Source: Steroidobacteraceae bacterium
Lineage (GTDB): Bacteria > Pseudomonadota > Gammaproteobacteria > Steroidobacterales > Steroidobacteraceae
Assembly (NCBI GenBank): GCA_044339635.1
Contig: JBIIVD010000003.1
Span: 24,278-88,277 of the forward strand
Length of the DNA stretch: 64,000 nucleotides
Reading direction: 5' to 3'
Shown here: piece after piece, positions 36,503-45,930 of the stretch
Layout of the letters: each line of letters opens with the position of its first letter
Position numbering within the stretch: position 1 is the first letter of the stretch
The notes under the pieces: model-generated
What the model was told of the DNA's origin: nothing
Seen by the model: only the letters and a program-made list of their open reading frames with translations
Databases searched by the model: none
Made by a program: the position numbers and the translations under genes

Positions 36503-39500
36503 ATGTCCGCCGAATCCTCGCGCTTGCCGATGTCAGCAGACACCGAGGCCGCCGACGCGGCCGCCGCGCCGTTGCGCTTCGTGACGGCAGCCTCGCTGTT
36601 CGACGGGCACGACGCGGCGATCAACATGATCCGTCGCCTGCTGCAGTCCGAAGGCGCCGAGGTCGTGCACCTCGGCCACAACCGCTCCGTCGCGGACATC
36701 GTGCGCGCCGCCATCGACGAGGACGCCGACGGCATCGCGGTGAGCTCCTACCAGGGCGGCCACAACGAATACTTCGCCTACATGGTGGACATGCTGCGCG
36801 AGCGCGGCTGCGAGCACATCCGTGTGGTCGTGGGCGGCGGCGGCACCATCGCACCGCAGGAGATCGAGGCGCTCGAGCGTCACGGCATCGAGAAGATCTA
36901 CACGCCCGAGGACGGCCGCACGCTGGGCCTCACCGGCATGATCAAGGACGTCATGAAGCGCATCCGCGCGAGCCGCCGTCCACGCTACGAGTTCCGTGCG
37001 CTCGACGCCAAGGACCACCGCCACCTCGGCTGCACGATCTCGGTGCTCGAGGGCGCGGGCGACGAGGAGGCGCTGCTGCGCGGGCAGATCCGCCGCGCCA
37101 TCGCCGCCAACGGCCGGCGCGCGCCGGTCATCGGCCTCACCGGCACCGGCGGCGCCGGCAAGAGCTCGCTGAACGACGAACTGCTGCAGCGCTTCGTGCG
37201 CCACTTCCCGGACGCGCAGATCGCGGTCGTCGCGGTCGATCCGACCCGCCGCCGTTCGGGCGGCGCGCTGCTCGGCGACCGCATCCGCATGAACAGCCTC
37301 GCGGCACCGAACATCTACATGCGCTCGCTCGCCACCCGCCGGCGCAACCTCGCGACCTCCGCGGTGCTGAAGGACGTCATCTCGCTCTACCAGCTCGCGG
37401 GCTTCGACCTGATCGTGGTCGAGACCGCGGGCATCGGCCAGAGCGACTCGGAGATCGTCGACCTCGTCGACCTGCCGGTCTACGTGATGACGAGCGAATA
37501 CGGCGCTGCGAGCCAGCTCGAGAAGATCGACATGCTCGACTTCGCGGAGATCGTGGTACTCAACAAGTTCGAGCGGCGCGGTGCGGAGGACGCCCTGCGC
37601 GACGTGCGCAAGCAGTGGCGCCGCAACCACCCGGCCGACTTCGCGCGCACCGATGCCGAGCTGCCGGTCTACCCGACCATCGCCAGCCGCTTCAACGACC
37701 CCGGCGTCAACCGCCTCTTCGAAGCGATCGGCCGCCATCTCGATGCCAAGCAGGTGGGCGAGCGTCGCTGGACCGTCGCCGATCCGGGCCCGGTGGAATT
37801 CGTCTCGCGCGACCCGCTGATCCCGGGCGCCCGTGCGCGCTACCTCGCCGAGATCGCGGGCGGCGGGCGCGACGCCCGCGCCCGCGCCGAGCGCCAGGTC
37901 GATGCGGCACGGCGCGCGTTCGTGTTCTACCGCTCGCTGCGCGAGCTCGGTGACGCCGCGCTGCCCGCGCCGCTCGAGCCTTACGGCGCCGCATCTGTCA
38001 CCGCCGCGGCCAGAGCCGTGGATCCCTCGCTGGCGACGCTGCGTACCCGCTATGACGCGGCGCTCGCCGAGATGGGGCCGGAGGCGGTCGCTGCGCTGCG
38101 CGAGTGGCCGAAGCGCGCTGCTGGCGTACGCGCCGACGAGTACACCTACGAGGTGCGCGGACGCGAGCTGCGCGGCCCCAACTACACCGAGACGCTGAGC
38201 CGCAACCGCATCCCGAAGATCGTCGCGCCCTCGTTCGAGGACTGGGGCGAGACCTTGCGGTTCCTGTCGCTCGAGAACCTGCCGGGCGCCTACCCGTACA
38301 CCTCGGGCGTCTATCCTTATCGCCGCGAGGAGGAGGACCCGATCCGCATGTTCGCGGGCGAGGGCGCCCCGGAGCGCACCAACCGCCGCTTCCATTACCT
38401 CGCGCGCGGACAGAAGTTCGCGCGGCTCTCGACCGCCTTCGACTCGACCACCCTCTATGGCGAGGACCCGGACACGCGGCCCGACATCTACGGCCGCACC
38501 GGCAACTCGGGCGTCTCGATCGCGACCCTCGACGACATGAAGAAGCTCTATTCGGGCTTCGACCTCTGTGCGCCGACGACCTCGGTGTCGATGACCATCA
38601 ACGGTCCGGCGCCGATGCTGCTCGCGATGTTCATGAACACCGCGATCGACCAGCGTGTCGAGCGGTTCCTCAAGGCCGAGGGACGCTGGGCGCAGGCCGA
38701 GGCCCGCATCGAGGCGCTGCGCGCCGCCGACCGCGCGCGCGGCCTTGCGCCCTGCGAGTACCGCGGCGGTCTGCCGGAGGGCCACGACGGCTCCGGCCTC
38801 GCGCTGCTCGGCTTGCATGCGGGGCAGCTCGTGGGCCACGGACTCACCGAGGCCGAGTATGCGCGGCTCGTCGCCGAGACGCTGACGCAGGTCCGCGGCA
38901 CCGTGCAGGCCGACATCCTGAAGGAAGACCAGGCCCAGAACACCTGCATCTTCTCCACCGAGTTCGCGATGCGGATGATGGGCGACGTGCAGGAGTTCTT
39001 CACGCAGAACGGCGTGCGCAACTTCTATTCCGTCTCGATCTCCGGCTATCACATCGCCGAAGCGGGCGCGAACCCCATCAGCCAGCTCGCGTTCACGCTC
39101 TCGAACGGCTTCACCATCGTCGAGTACTACCTGTCCCGTGGCATGAAGATCGACGACTTCGCGCCGAACCTGTCGTTCTTCTTCTCGAACGGCATGGACC
39201 CCGAGTACGCGGTGATCGGCCGCGTGGCCCGTCGCATCTGGGCCCGCGCGATGCGCGAGCGCTACGGCGCAGGGCCGCGCTCGCAGATGCTCAAGTACCA
39301 CATCCAGACCTCGGGCCGCTCGCTGCATGCGCGCGAGATCCAGTTCAACGACACGCGCACCACGCTGCAGGCGCTGTACGCGCTGTTCGATAACTGCAAC
39401 TCGCTGCACACCAACGCCTACGACGAGGCGCTGACCACGCCCACCGAGGAGAGCGTGCGGCGCGCGGTCGCCATCCAGCTGATCATCAACCGCGAACTCG

Positions 39501-39997
39501 GCCTCAACAAGAACCAGAACCCCTGGGCGGGCTCTGTGCTGATCGATCACCTCACCGACCTCGTCGAGGAGGCGGTGTACAAGGAGTTCGAGTCGATCAG
39601 TGAGCGCGGCGGCGTGCTCGGCGCGATGGAGACCATGTACCAGCGCGGCAAGATCCAGGAAGAGAGCCTCTACTACGAGACCTTGAAGCACGACGGGCGG
39701 CTGCCCATCGTCGGCGTCAACACCTTCCTCTCGGACAACGACGCCAGCGCGGAACACCAGGGCGCGGCGCTCATCCGCTCGACCGAGGAAGAGAAGCAGG
39801 ACCAGGTCCAGGCGGTGCAGGCGTTCCAGCGCCGCAGCGCCGATCGCTCGGGCGCGGCGCTCGCGGCGTTGCAGGACACGGCCGCGCACGGCGGCAATGT
39901 GTTCGGCGCGCTGATGGAGGCCGTGCGCCACGCCTCTCTGGGCCAGATCTCCCGCGCCCTCTACGGCGTGGGCGGGCAGTACCGGCGCAGCGTCTGA
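36503..39997 (+). CDS. icmF: Fused isobutyryl-CoA mutase IcmF (B12-binding domain, MeaB-like G-protein and mutase substrate domain)
   Basis: 1164 aa from ATG 36503. N-terminal B12 domain (AASLFDGHDAAINMIRR...), P-loop GLTGTGGAGKSSL with NKFE GTPase motifs, and a C-terminal methylmalonyl-CoA-mutase-like barrel (...YPYTSGVYPYRR...TIQADILKED-like VQADILKEDQAQNTCIF...). Confidence 0.9.
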   Translation: MSAESSRLPMSADTEAADAAAAPLRFVTAASLFDGHDAAINMIRRLLQSEGAEVVHLGHNRSVADIVRAAIDEDADGIAVSSYQGGHNEYFAYMVDMLRERGCEHIRVVVGGGGTIAPQEIEALERHGIEKIYTPEDGRTLGLTGMIKDVMKRIRASRRPRYEFRALDAKDHRHLGCTISVLEGAGDEEALLRGQIRRAIAANGRRAPVIGLTGTGGAGKSSLNDELLQRFVRHFPDAQIAVVAVDPTRRRSGGALLGDRIRMNSLAAPNIYMRSLATRRRNLATSAVLKDVISLYQLAGFDLIVVETAGIGQSDSEIVDLVDLPVYVMTSEYGAASQLEKIDMLDFAEIVVLNKFERRGAEDALRDVRKQWRRNHPADFARTDAELPVYPTIASRFNDPGVNRLFEAIGRHLDAKQVGERRWTVADPGPVEFVSRDPLIPGARARYLAEIAGGGRDARARAERQVDAARRAFVFYRSLRELGDAALPAPLEPYGAASVTAAARAVDPSLATLRTRYDAALAEMGPEAVAALREWPKRAAGVRADEYTYEVRGRELRGPNYTETLSRNRIPKIVAPSFEDWGETLRFLSLENLPGAYPYTSGVYPYRREEEDPIRMFAGEGAPERTNRRFHYLARGQKFARLSTAFDSTTLYGEDPDTRPDIYGRTGNSGVSIATLDDMKKLYSGFDLCAPTTSVSMTINGPAPMLLAMFMNTAIDQRVERFLKAEGRWAQAEARIEALRAADRARGLAPCEYRGGLPEGHDGSGLALLGLHAGQLVGHGLTEAEYARLVAETLTQVRGTVQADILKEDQAQNTCIFSTEFAMRMMGDVQEFFTQNGVRNFYSVSISGYHIAEAGANPISQLAFTLSNGFTIVEYYLSRGMKIDDFAPNLSFFFSNGMDPEYAVIGRVARRIWARAMRERYGAGPRSQMLKYHIQTSGRSLHAREIQFNDTRTTLQALYALFDNCNSLHTNAYDEALTTPTEESVRRAVAIQLIINRELGLNKNQNPWAGSVLIDHLTDLVEEAVYKEFESISERGGVLGAMETMYQRGKIQEESLYYETLKHDGRLPIVGVNTFLSDNDASAEHQGAALIRSTEEEKQDQVQAVQAFQRRSADRSGAALAALQDTAAHGGNVFGALMEAVRHASLGQISRALYGVGGQYRRSV

Positions 39998-40020
39998 CCG
40001 GCGCCTGCGACGATCCGGCC

Positions 40021-40812
40021 TCAGCGGCCGGTGAACTGCGCCTTGCGCTTGCCGGCAAAGGCGGCGAGCCCCTCGCGCGCGTCGGCCGTCGTGCCGCCGA
40101 GCGTCGAGATCGACTCGCCCTCGAGCGCGAGCTGCTGCTCGAGCGTGTTCTGGTGGCTGTCGGCCAACAGGCGCTTCACTTTCCCGTAGGCGAGCGTCGG
40201 ACCCGACGCGAGCTGCCGGGCGACCTCCGCCGCGCGCGCGGCCAGCGCGTCGTCCGCCACGACCTCGGTGACGAGGCCGAGCCCCGCTGCCTGCTCGGCG
40301 CTGAGCACCGGATTGAGGAGCATCAATTCCTTGGCGCGGACCATGCCGACGATGCGCGGCAGGAAGAAGCTGCCGCTGCCGTCCGGCGAGAGCGCGATCT
40401 TGGTGTAGGCCATGGTGAACTTCGCGGATGCCGCAGCGAGCACCACATCGCCCGCCAGCGCCATGCTGAAACCGGCGCCCGCGGCCGTGCCGTTCACGGC
40501 GACCACCAGCGGCGCGTCCATGCGCACGAAGCGCGCGATCGCCGCGTGCAGCGGCGTGGTGATGTCGCGCAGCAGCTGCCCCGCACCGTCACCTGCGGCG
40601 ATGAAGGCGGGCACGTCGCCGCCGCCGCTGAACATCTTGCCCTTGCCGGTGAGCACAACCGCGCGCACGCCGGGCGCGCTCGCGCAGTGCTCGGCCGCGG
40701 TGAGCAGGTCCTTGGCCATCTGCAGGTCGACGGAATTGGCGGCGGTCGGACGGTCGAGGCAGAGCGTGATGACGCCTGCGTCCTGGGTTACTTCAATGGT
40801 CTGCAGCTGCAT
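40021..40812 (-). CDS. Enoyl-CoA hydratase/isomerase (crotonase) family protein
   Basis: 263 aa from ATG 40812. Motifs VITLCLDRP..ANS, VVLTGKGKMFSGGGD and AVNGTAAGAGFSMALAGD. Confidence 0.85.
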   Translation of the reverse strand: MQLQTIEVTQDAGVITLCLDRPTAANSVDLQMAKDLLTAAEHCASAPGVRAVVLTGKGKMFSGGGDVPAFIAAGDGAGQLLRDITTPLHAAIARFVRMDAPLVVAVNGTAAGAGFSMALAGDVVLAAASAKFTMAYTKIALSPDGSGSFFLPRIVGMVRAKELMLLNPVLSAEQAAGLGLVTEVVADDALAARAAEVARQLASGPTLAYGKVKRLLADSHQNTLEQQLALEGESISTLGGTTADAREGLAAFAGKRKAQFTGR

Positions 40813-41599
40813 GGCTCGCTCCTGACGGGATCTTGCGGGGTGATGTGTCGCGTGAGCGGCGGGCGTACTCGGCGAGATAGCCGACGCCCGTGATGGCGCG
40901 GCTACCGTACCACGAGACCTGCTCGCCATCGATGAGCTCGACGGGCACGGAGGGTAACGCAGCGCGCACCTCGGCGAGGTGACGTTCCCGGAAGGGATAG
41001 GGCTCGCTGCTGAGCAGCACGCGGTCCACACGGCCTGCGGCACCCTCGAGCCGCAGCGTCGGGTAACGCGCGGTGTCGGGCGGCGACCAGGCCTGCCAGC
41101 CGACGAGCGCCAGCATCCGCGCGATGTAGGTGTCCGGGCCGACGGTCATCCACGGGTGGCGCCAGATGAGATAGAGCACGCGTTCGGCGGGCGCCTCCCG
41201 CGCCGCCTCGCCTGCCGCCCGAAGCGCCGCCTCGAACCGCGCCACCAGCGCCTCCGCCTCCGTCTCGCGCCCGAAGATCGCACCGAGCCGACGATAGAGC
41301 GGCGGGTTGTCGAGCGGGCCGAGGGGATGCGTCACGACCACCTCGGGCACGAAGCCTGCCAACGCATCGGCCGTTTCGCGGGTGTTCTCGTCGATGTTGA
41401 CGATGACATGGGTCGGCCGCAGCGCGCGCACGCGCTCGATGTCGACGTCCTTGGTGCCGCCGACCTTGGGGATCCGCCGCAGCGCGTCGCGCGGATGGAT
41501 GCAGAATCCGGTGCGACCGACGAGCTGTGGCGCGAGCCCGAGGTCGCAGAGCAGCTCGGTGAGGCTCGGGACGAGGCAGACGATCCGCGGGGCGCTCAC
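40793..41599 (-). CDS. BtuF/TroA-like 'helical backbone metal receptor' (cobalamin-binding-protein family) with no signal peptide
   Basis: 268 aa, with the GTG start overlapping the aceK stop (GTGA). The N-terminus goes directly into the first beta-strand motif RIVCLVPSLTELLCDLGL, then GGTKDVDIERVRALRPTHVI. No hydrophobic leader. Confidence 0.7.
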   Translation of the reverse strand: MSAPRIVCLVPSLTELLCDLGLAPQLVGRTGFCIHPRDALRRIPKVGGTKDVDIERVRALRPTHVIVNIDENTRETADALAGFVPEVVVTHPLGPLDNPPLYRRLGAIFGRETEAEALVARFEAALRAAGEAAREAPAERVLYLIWRHPWMTVGPDTYIARMLALVGWQAWSPPDTARYPTLRLEGAAGRVDRVLLSSEPYPFRERHLAEVRAALPSVPVELIDGEQVSWYGSRAITGVGYLAEYARRSRDTSPRKIPSGASHAAADH

Positions 41600-43326
41600 A
41601 GGCTGCTCCCGACGCGCACCCTCCGCGGCTGGTAGGGCAGCACCTCGAGCAGATCGCCGGCGCGGACCCGTTGCTGGATGCCGCGCCAGAAGTCCGCCGT
41701 GAGCAGGTCGCCGTGGGCGTTCTGGAACGCGGCGCGCTGCGCGTCCGTGAAGGCCAGGAAGTTGAGGAAGGTCTCCGGGAAGACGTCGTTGTCCGCGACG
41801 TAGAACCAGGTCTCCCCGCGCATCTCGTCCTCGTCGTTGGAGGCCTGCGGCACCTCGCGGAAGCGGCAGTCCGTGACCTGACAGAGCTCGTCGTAGTCGT
41901 AGAAGATCACCCGGCCGTGGCGGGTGACCCCGAAGTTCTTGAGCAGCAGGTCGCCGGCGAAGATGTTGCTGAGCGCGAGGTCGCGGATCGCCTGTCCGTA
42001 GTCGAGCACCGCGCGCTCGGCGGCGGTGTCCTCGGCGCTGCGCAGGAAGAGGTTGAGCGGCACCATGCGCCGCTCGATGTACATGTGGTCGAAGATGAGG
42101 TCGTTGCCTTCGGCGTGCACGCTGCCCGCGGCCTCCGCGGCGAGCTCCTCGAGCAGTGCCGGTGCGAAGCGGCTGCGCGGCAGGCGCACGCGCTTGAACT
42201 CCTGAGCGTCGACGAGGCGGCCCGCGCGATCATGCCGGAACACGAACTGGTACTTGTCGAGGACGTCCTGTCGCAGCACGTTCTTCACCGGCGGGAAGCG
42301 GTCGCGGATGAGCTTGAACACCACATCGAGCGAGGGCAGGGTGAAGCAGATCATCACGAGGCCGCGCTCGCCCGGGGCGTGCTCGAAACGGTCGTCCGAG
42401 CCTGCGAGGTGCCGCATCAGTTCGCGGTAGCGCTCGGTCTTGCCCTGGCGGGCGCGGCCCAGGACCGTAAAGAGCTCGGACAGCGGTTTGCGGGGCAGCA
42501 ATTGTCGCAGGAACACCACCGACTCCACCACGCGCTCGAGGTCCACGTGGAAATAGGAGCGGGTGAAGCCGAAGACCACGCTGACATCGTCCTCGTCGAG
42601 CATCACCGCGTCGACCAGCATGCCGGGCTCGGCATTTTGTAGCGCGATCACGAAGGGCAGGGCGCCCGCCGAGGTCTCGAGCCGACCGACGAGGTACGCG
42701 CGGGTGCTCTGGTAGAACATCGGCCGCAGCACCTCGAGCGCGCGCACCCCGGTGTCCGGATCGATGGATTGCGACTGGAGGTAGGTGCGGACGTCCTGCA
42801 GCACATGGCGCACGCTGCGCTCGAAGTCGATCCAGGGGCATTTCAGCGGGAGGTCGTCGAGGACGTCCTCGATGAGCATCGCGAGGTCGCCGCGGTTCGG
42901 GTAGGGGCGCGTCTCGGCGTTGCCGCCTGCGCCCTCGAGCGGGTCGAGGTCGACCGCCGCGAACTCGATGCCCTCATCGACGCCCACAGTGCCGAACAGG
43001 CGGCGCGAGACCGAACTGAAGAACGTGCGGGCGAAGGCGGCGTCGGGCAGACCCGCGCTGCGCTGCAGGAAACGTTCACGTAGCGCGTGCCACAGCGCCC
43101 GGTCGGTCGCCTGCTCGCCGAAGGCCTCGCGGAAGCCCTCTACGGTCCGGTTCACCCACAGGTCATAGAGGTCGATGCGCTCGACCGCATCTTGCTGGCT
43201 GCCGTGCCAGTCGCGCGCCTCGAAACGACTCTGCGCGCGGCGGGTGACCGCGCGGAAATCCGCGTTGTACCCGGCGAACGCGGCGGCCATCCGCCGCGCA
43301 CCCTCCTCGACGGGGAGTGCGCTCAT
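41596..43326 (-). CDS. aceK: Bifunctional isocitrate dehydrogenase kinase/phosphatase
   Basis: 576 aa with AceK-typical sequence throughout (e.g. ...FAGYNADFRAVTRRAQSRFEARDW..., ...NIFAGDLLLKNFGVTRHGRVIFYDYDE..., ...WFYVADNDVFPE.F...). Confidence 0.9.
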   Translation of the reverse strand: MSALPVEEGARRMAAAFAGYNADFRAVTRRAQSRFEARDWHGSQQDAVERIDLYDLWVNRTVEGFREAFGEQATDRALWHALRERFLQRSAGLPDAAFARTFFSSVSRRLFGTVGVDEGIEFAAVDLDPLEGAGGNAETRPYPNRGDLAMLIEDVLDDLPLKCPWIDFERSVRHVLQDVRTYLQSQSIDPDTGVRALEVLRPMFYQSTRAYLVGRLETSAGALPFVIALQNAEPGMLVDAVMLDEDDVSVVFGFTRSYFHVDLERVVESVVFLRQLLPRKPLSELFTVLGRARQGKTERYRELMRHLAGSDDRFEHAPGERGLVMICFTLPSLDVVFKLIRDRFPPVKNVLRQDVLDKYQFVFRHDRAGRLVDAQEFKRVRLPRSRFAPALLEELAAEAAGSVHAEGNDLIFDHMYIERRMVPLNLFLRSAEDTAAERAVLDYGQAIRDLALSNIFAGDLLLKNFGVTRHGRVIFYDYDELCQVTDCRFREVPQASNDEDEMRGETWFYVADNDVFPETFLNFLAFTDAQRAAFQNAHGDLLTADFWRGIQQRVRAGDLLEVLPYQPRRVRVGSSL

Positions 43327-43354
43327 GGCGGAGGCCGACGCGCCGCGCGCACGG

Positions 43355-44662
43355 TCAAAGGTTGCGGATCAGCGCGTCGGCGAACTCGCTGCATTTGACC
43401 TCGGTGGCGCCTTCCATGAGCCGTGCGAAATCGTAGGTGACCGTCTTCTGGCCGATGGTGCGGTCCATGGCCGTGATGATGGCGTCGGCCGCCTCGGTCC
43501 AGCCCATGTAACGCAGCATCATCTCGCCCGACAGCAGCACCGAGCCCGGGTTCACCTTGTCGAGGTTGGCGTACTTCGGCGCGGTGCCGTGGGTCGCCTC
43601 GAACACCGCATGGCCGGTCACGTAGTTGATGTTGGCGCCCGGCGCGATGCCGATGCCGCCCACCTGCGCCGCGAGCGCGTCCGAGAGGTAGTCGCCGTTG
43701 AGGTTGCAGGTGGCGAGCACATCGAACTCGTCAGGGCGCGTCAGCACCTGCTGCAGCGTGATGTCGGCGATGGCGTCCTTGATGATGACCTTGCCGGCCT
43801 TCTTGGCCGCGTCCATCTCGGCGTTCGCCGCCTTCTCGCCCTGCTCGGCCTTGGTGCGTTCCCACTGCTCCCAGCCGTAGGTCTGGCCGGGGAACTCGCG
43901 CTCGGCGAGGGCGTAGGACCAGTTGCGGAAGGCGCCTTCCGTGAACTTCTGGATGTTGCCCTTGTGGACGATCGTCACGCTCTTGCGCTTGTTGACGATG
44001 GCGTATTCCACGGCTGCACGGAACAGCCGCTCCGTGCCTTCCTGGGAGACCGGCTTGATGCCGATGCCCGAGGTGTCCGGGAAGCGGATCTTGGCGTAGG
44101 ACTTCGGGAAGTGCTGCTTGAAGAGTTCCTTGAACTTGCGGTTCTCCTCGGAACCCTGCTCGAACTCGATGCCGGCGTAGATGTCCTCCGTGTTCTCGCG
44201 GAAGATCACCATGTCGACCTTCTCCGGCGCCTTGACGGGCGAGGGCACGCCCTTGAACCAGCGCACCGGGCGCAGGCAGACGTAGAGGTCGAGGAGCTGG
44301 CGCAGGGCGACGTTCAACGAGCGGATGCCGCCGCCGACCGGGGTCGTGAGCGGGCCCTTGATGGAGACGAGGTACTCGCGGCAGGCGGCGACCGACTCGT
44401 CCGGCAGCCAGGTGTTGAACTGCTTGTTGGCCTTTTCGCCGGCATAGACCTCGAGCCAGTGGATCTTGCGGCGGCCGCCGTAGGCCTTCTCGACGGCGGC
44501 GTCGAGGACGCGCACCGAGGCGCGCCAGATGTCGGGACCCGTGCCGTCGCCCTCGATGAACGGGACGATCGGGTTGTCGGGGACGACGAGCTTGCCGTCG
44601 CGGATGCTGATCTTGGCGCCGCCGGCGGGCGGCACGAGGTTGACGGGGACAGCCGAGGTCAT
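43355..44662 (-). CDS. icd: NADP-dependent isocitrate dehydrogenase (homodimeric type)
   Basis: 435 aa from ATG 44662. [13 protein letters not shown], the regulatory-serine motif [12 protein letters not shown], and [25 protein letters not shown]. Confidence 0.92.
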   Translation of the reverse strand: MTSAVPVNLVPPAGGAKISIRDGKLVVPDNPIVPFIEGDGTGPDIWRASVRVLDAAVEKAYGGRRKIHWLEVYAGEKANKQFNTWLPDESVAACREYLVSIKGPLTTPVGGGIRSLNVALRQLLDLYVCLRPVRWFKGVPSPVKAPEKVDMVIFRENTEDIYAGIEFEQGSEENRKFKELFKQHFPKSYAKIRFPDTSGIGIKPVSQEGTERLFRAAVEYAIVNKRKSVTIVHKGNIQKFTEGAFRNWSYALAEREFPGQTYGWEQWERTKAEQGEKAANAEMDAAKKAGKVIIKDAIADITLQQVLTRPDEFDVLATCNLNGDYLSDALAAQVGGIGIAPGANINYVTGHAVFEATHGTAPKYANLDKVNPGSVLLSGEMMLRYMGWTEAADAIITAMDRTIGQKTVTYDFARLMEGATEVKCSEFADALIRNL

Positions 44663-44799
44663 GGCTAGGAAGACTCCTGTGGGATGGCAGACAGCCCTGG
44701 AACCCCCACGGCCGTCGCGATGTGGAAATGCTAGCACAGCACCCCCGGGGCGATTCCGCGAACCGGGTCGCAACTGCGCCAAGGGGCTAGAATGCCCGC

Positions 44800-45930
44800 A
44801 TGGCCAAGACCTTGACCTCCAAGCCTGCCGCCGATGGTTTCCGCATGCCGGGCGAGTTCGAGCCGCATCGCGGCTGCTGGATGTTGTGGCCGCGCCGCCC
44901 CGACAACTGGCGGCGCGAGGCAGAGCTGGCGCAGCGCGCCTTCGCCGCCGTCGCCGCCGCGATCTCGCGCTTCGAGCCGGTGACGGTCGGCGCCGCGGCC
45001 GCCGAGTTCGACCGTGCGCGGGCCGCGCTCCCGCCGGCCGTGCGGGTCGTGGAGCTCTCCAGCGACGATGCCTGGATGCGCGATGTCGGTCCCACCTGCG
45101 TGGTCGACGATGATGGCGCCGTGCGCGGCGTGGACTGGGTGTTCAACGCCTGGGGCGGGCATCACGGCGGCCTGTATCACCCCTGGGACCAAGACGATGC
45201 CGTCGCACGCAAGGTCCTCGAGATCGAGGGCTTCGACCGCTACCGCGCGCCGATGGTCTGCGAGGGCGGGGCGATCCACGCCGACGGCGAGGGCACCTTG
45301 CTCGTCACCGAGCAGTGCCTCCTCCACCGCAACCGCAACCCGCACCTTGGCCGCCGCCAGATCGAGACGATGCTGTGCGCCTATACCGGCGCGACGACGA
45401 TCCTGTGGCTGGGCGAGGGCGTCTTCAACGACGAGACCGACGGCCACATCGACAACCTCGCCTGCTTCGTCGCCCCCGGCGAGGTGGCGCTGACCTGGAC
45501 CGACAACGCGCGCGATCCGCAGCATGCGATCTCCCGCGATGCGCTCGAGCGCCTGATGGACCTGCGCGATGCCCGAGGCCGGCGGCTCAAGGTCCACAAG
45601 CTCCCCATGCCAGGTCCGCTGCGCACCACGCGGGCCGAAGCCGCCGGTGTCGTCACCGGCACGGGTGCGAAGCCGCGGTCGTCCGGCGAGCGCTTGGCCG
45701 CGAGCTACGTCAATTTCTACATCGCGAACGGCGGCGTGGTCGTGCCGCTGCTCGATGCGCGCACCGATCGCGCGGCGCTCGCCAAGATCCGCCGCCTGTT
45801 CCCGGCCCGCAAGGTGGTGGGCGTGCCCGCACGCGAGATCCTGCTCGGCGGCGGCAACATCCACTGCATCACGCAGCAGATCCCTGCGGGCGTGCCGCGC
45901 CCGAGGGGCGCCGTGCGGGGGCGGCGCTGA
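44800..45930 (+). CDS. aguA: Agmatine deiminase
   Basis: 376 aa. [31 protein letters not shown] and the C-terminal catalytic Cys motif [11 protein letters not shown]. Confidence 0.9.
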   Translation: MAKTLTSKPAADGFRMPGEFEPHRGCWMLWPRRPDNWRREAELAQRAFAAVAAAISRFEPVTVGAAAAEFDRARAALPPAVRVVELSSDDAWMRDVGPTCVVDDDGAVRGVDWVFNAWGGHHGGLYHPWDQDDAVARKVLEIEGFDRYRAPMVCEGGAIHADGEGTLLVTEQCLLHRNRNPHLGRRQIETMLCAYTGATTILWLGEGVFNDETDGHIDNLACFVAPGEVALTWTDNARDPQHAISRDALERLMDLRDARGRRLKVHKLPMPGPLRTTRAEAAGVVTGTGAKPRSSGERLAASYVNFYIANGGVVVPLLDARTDRAALAKIRRLFPARKVVGVPAREILLGGGNIHCITQQIPAGVPRPRGAVRGRR

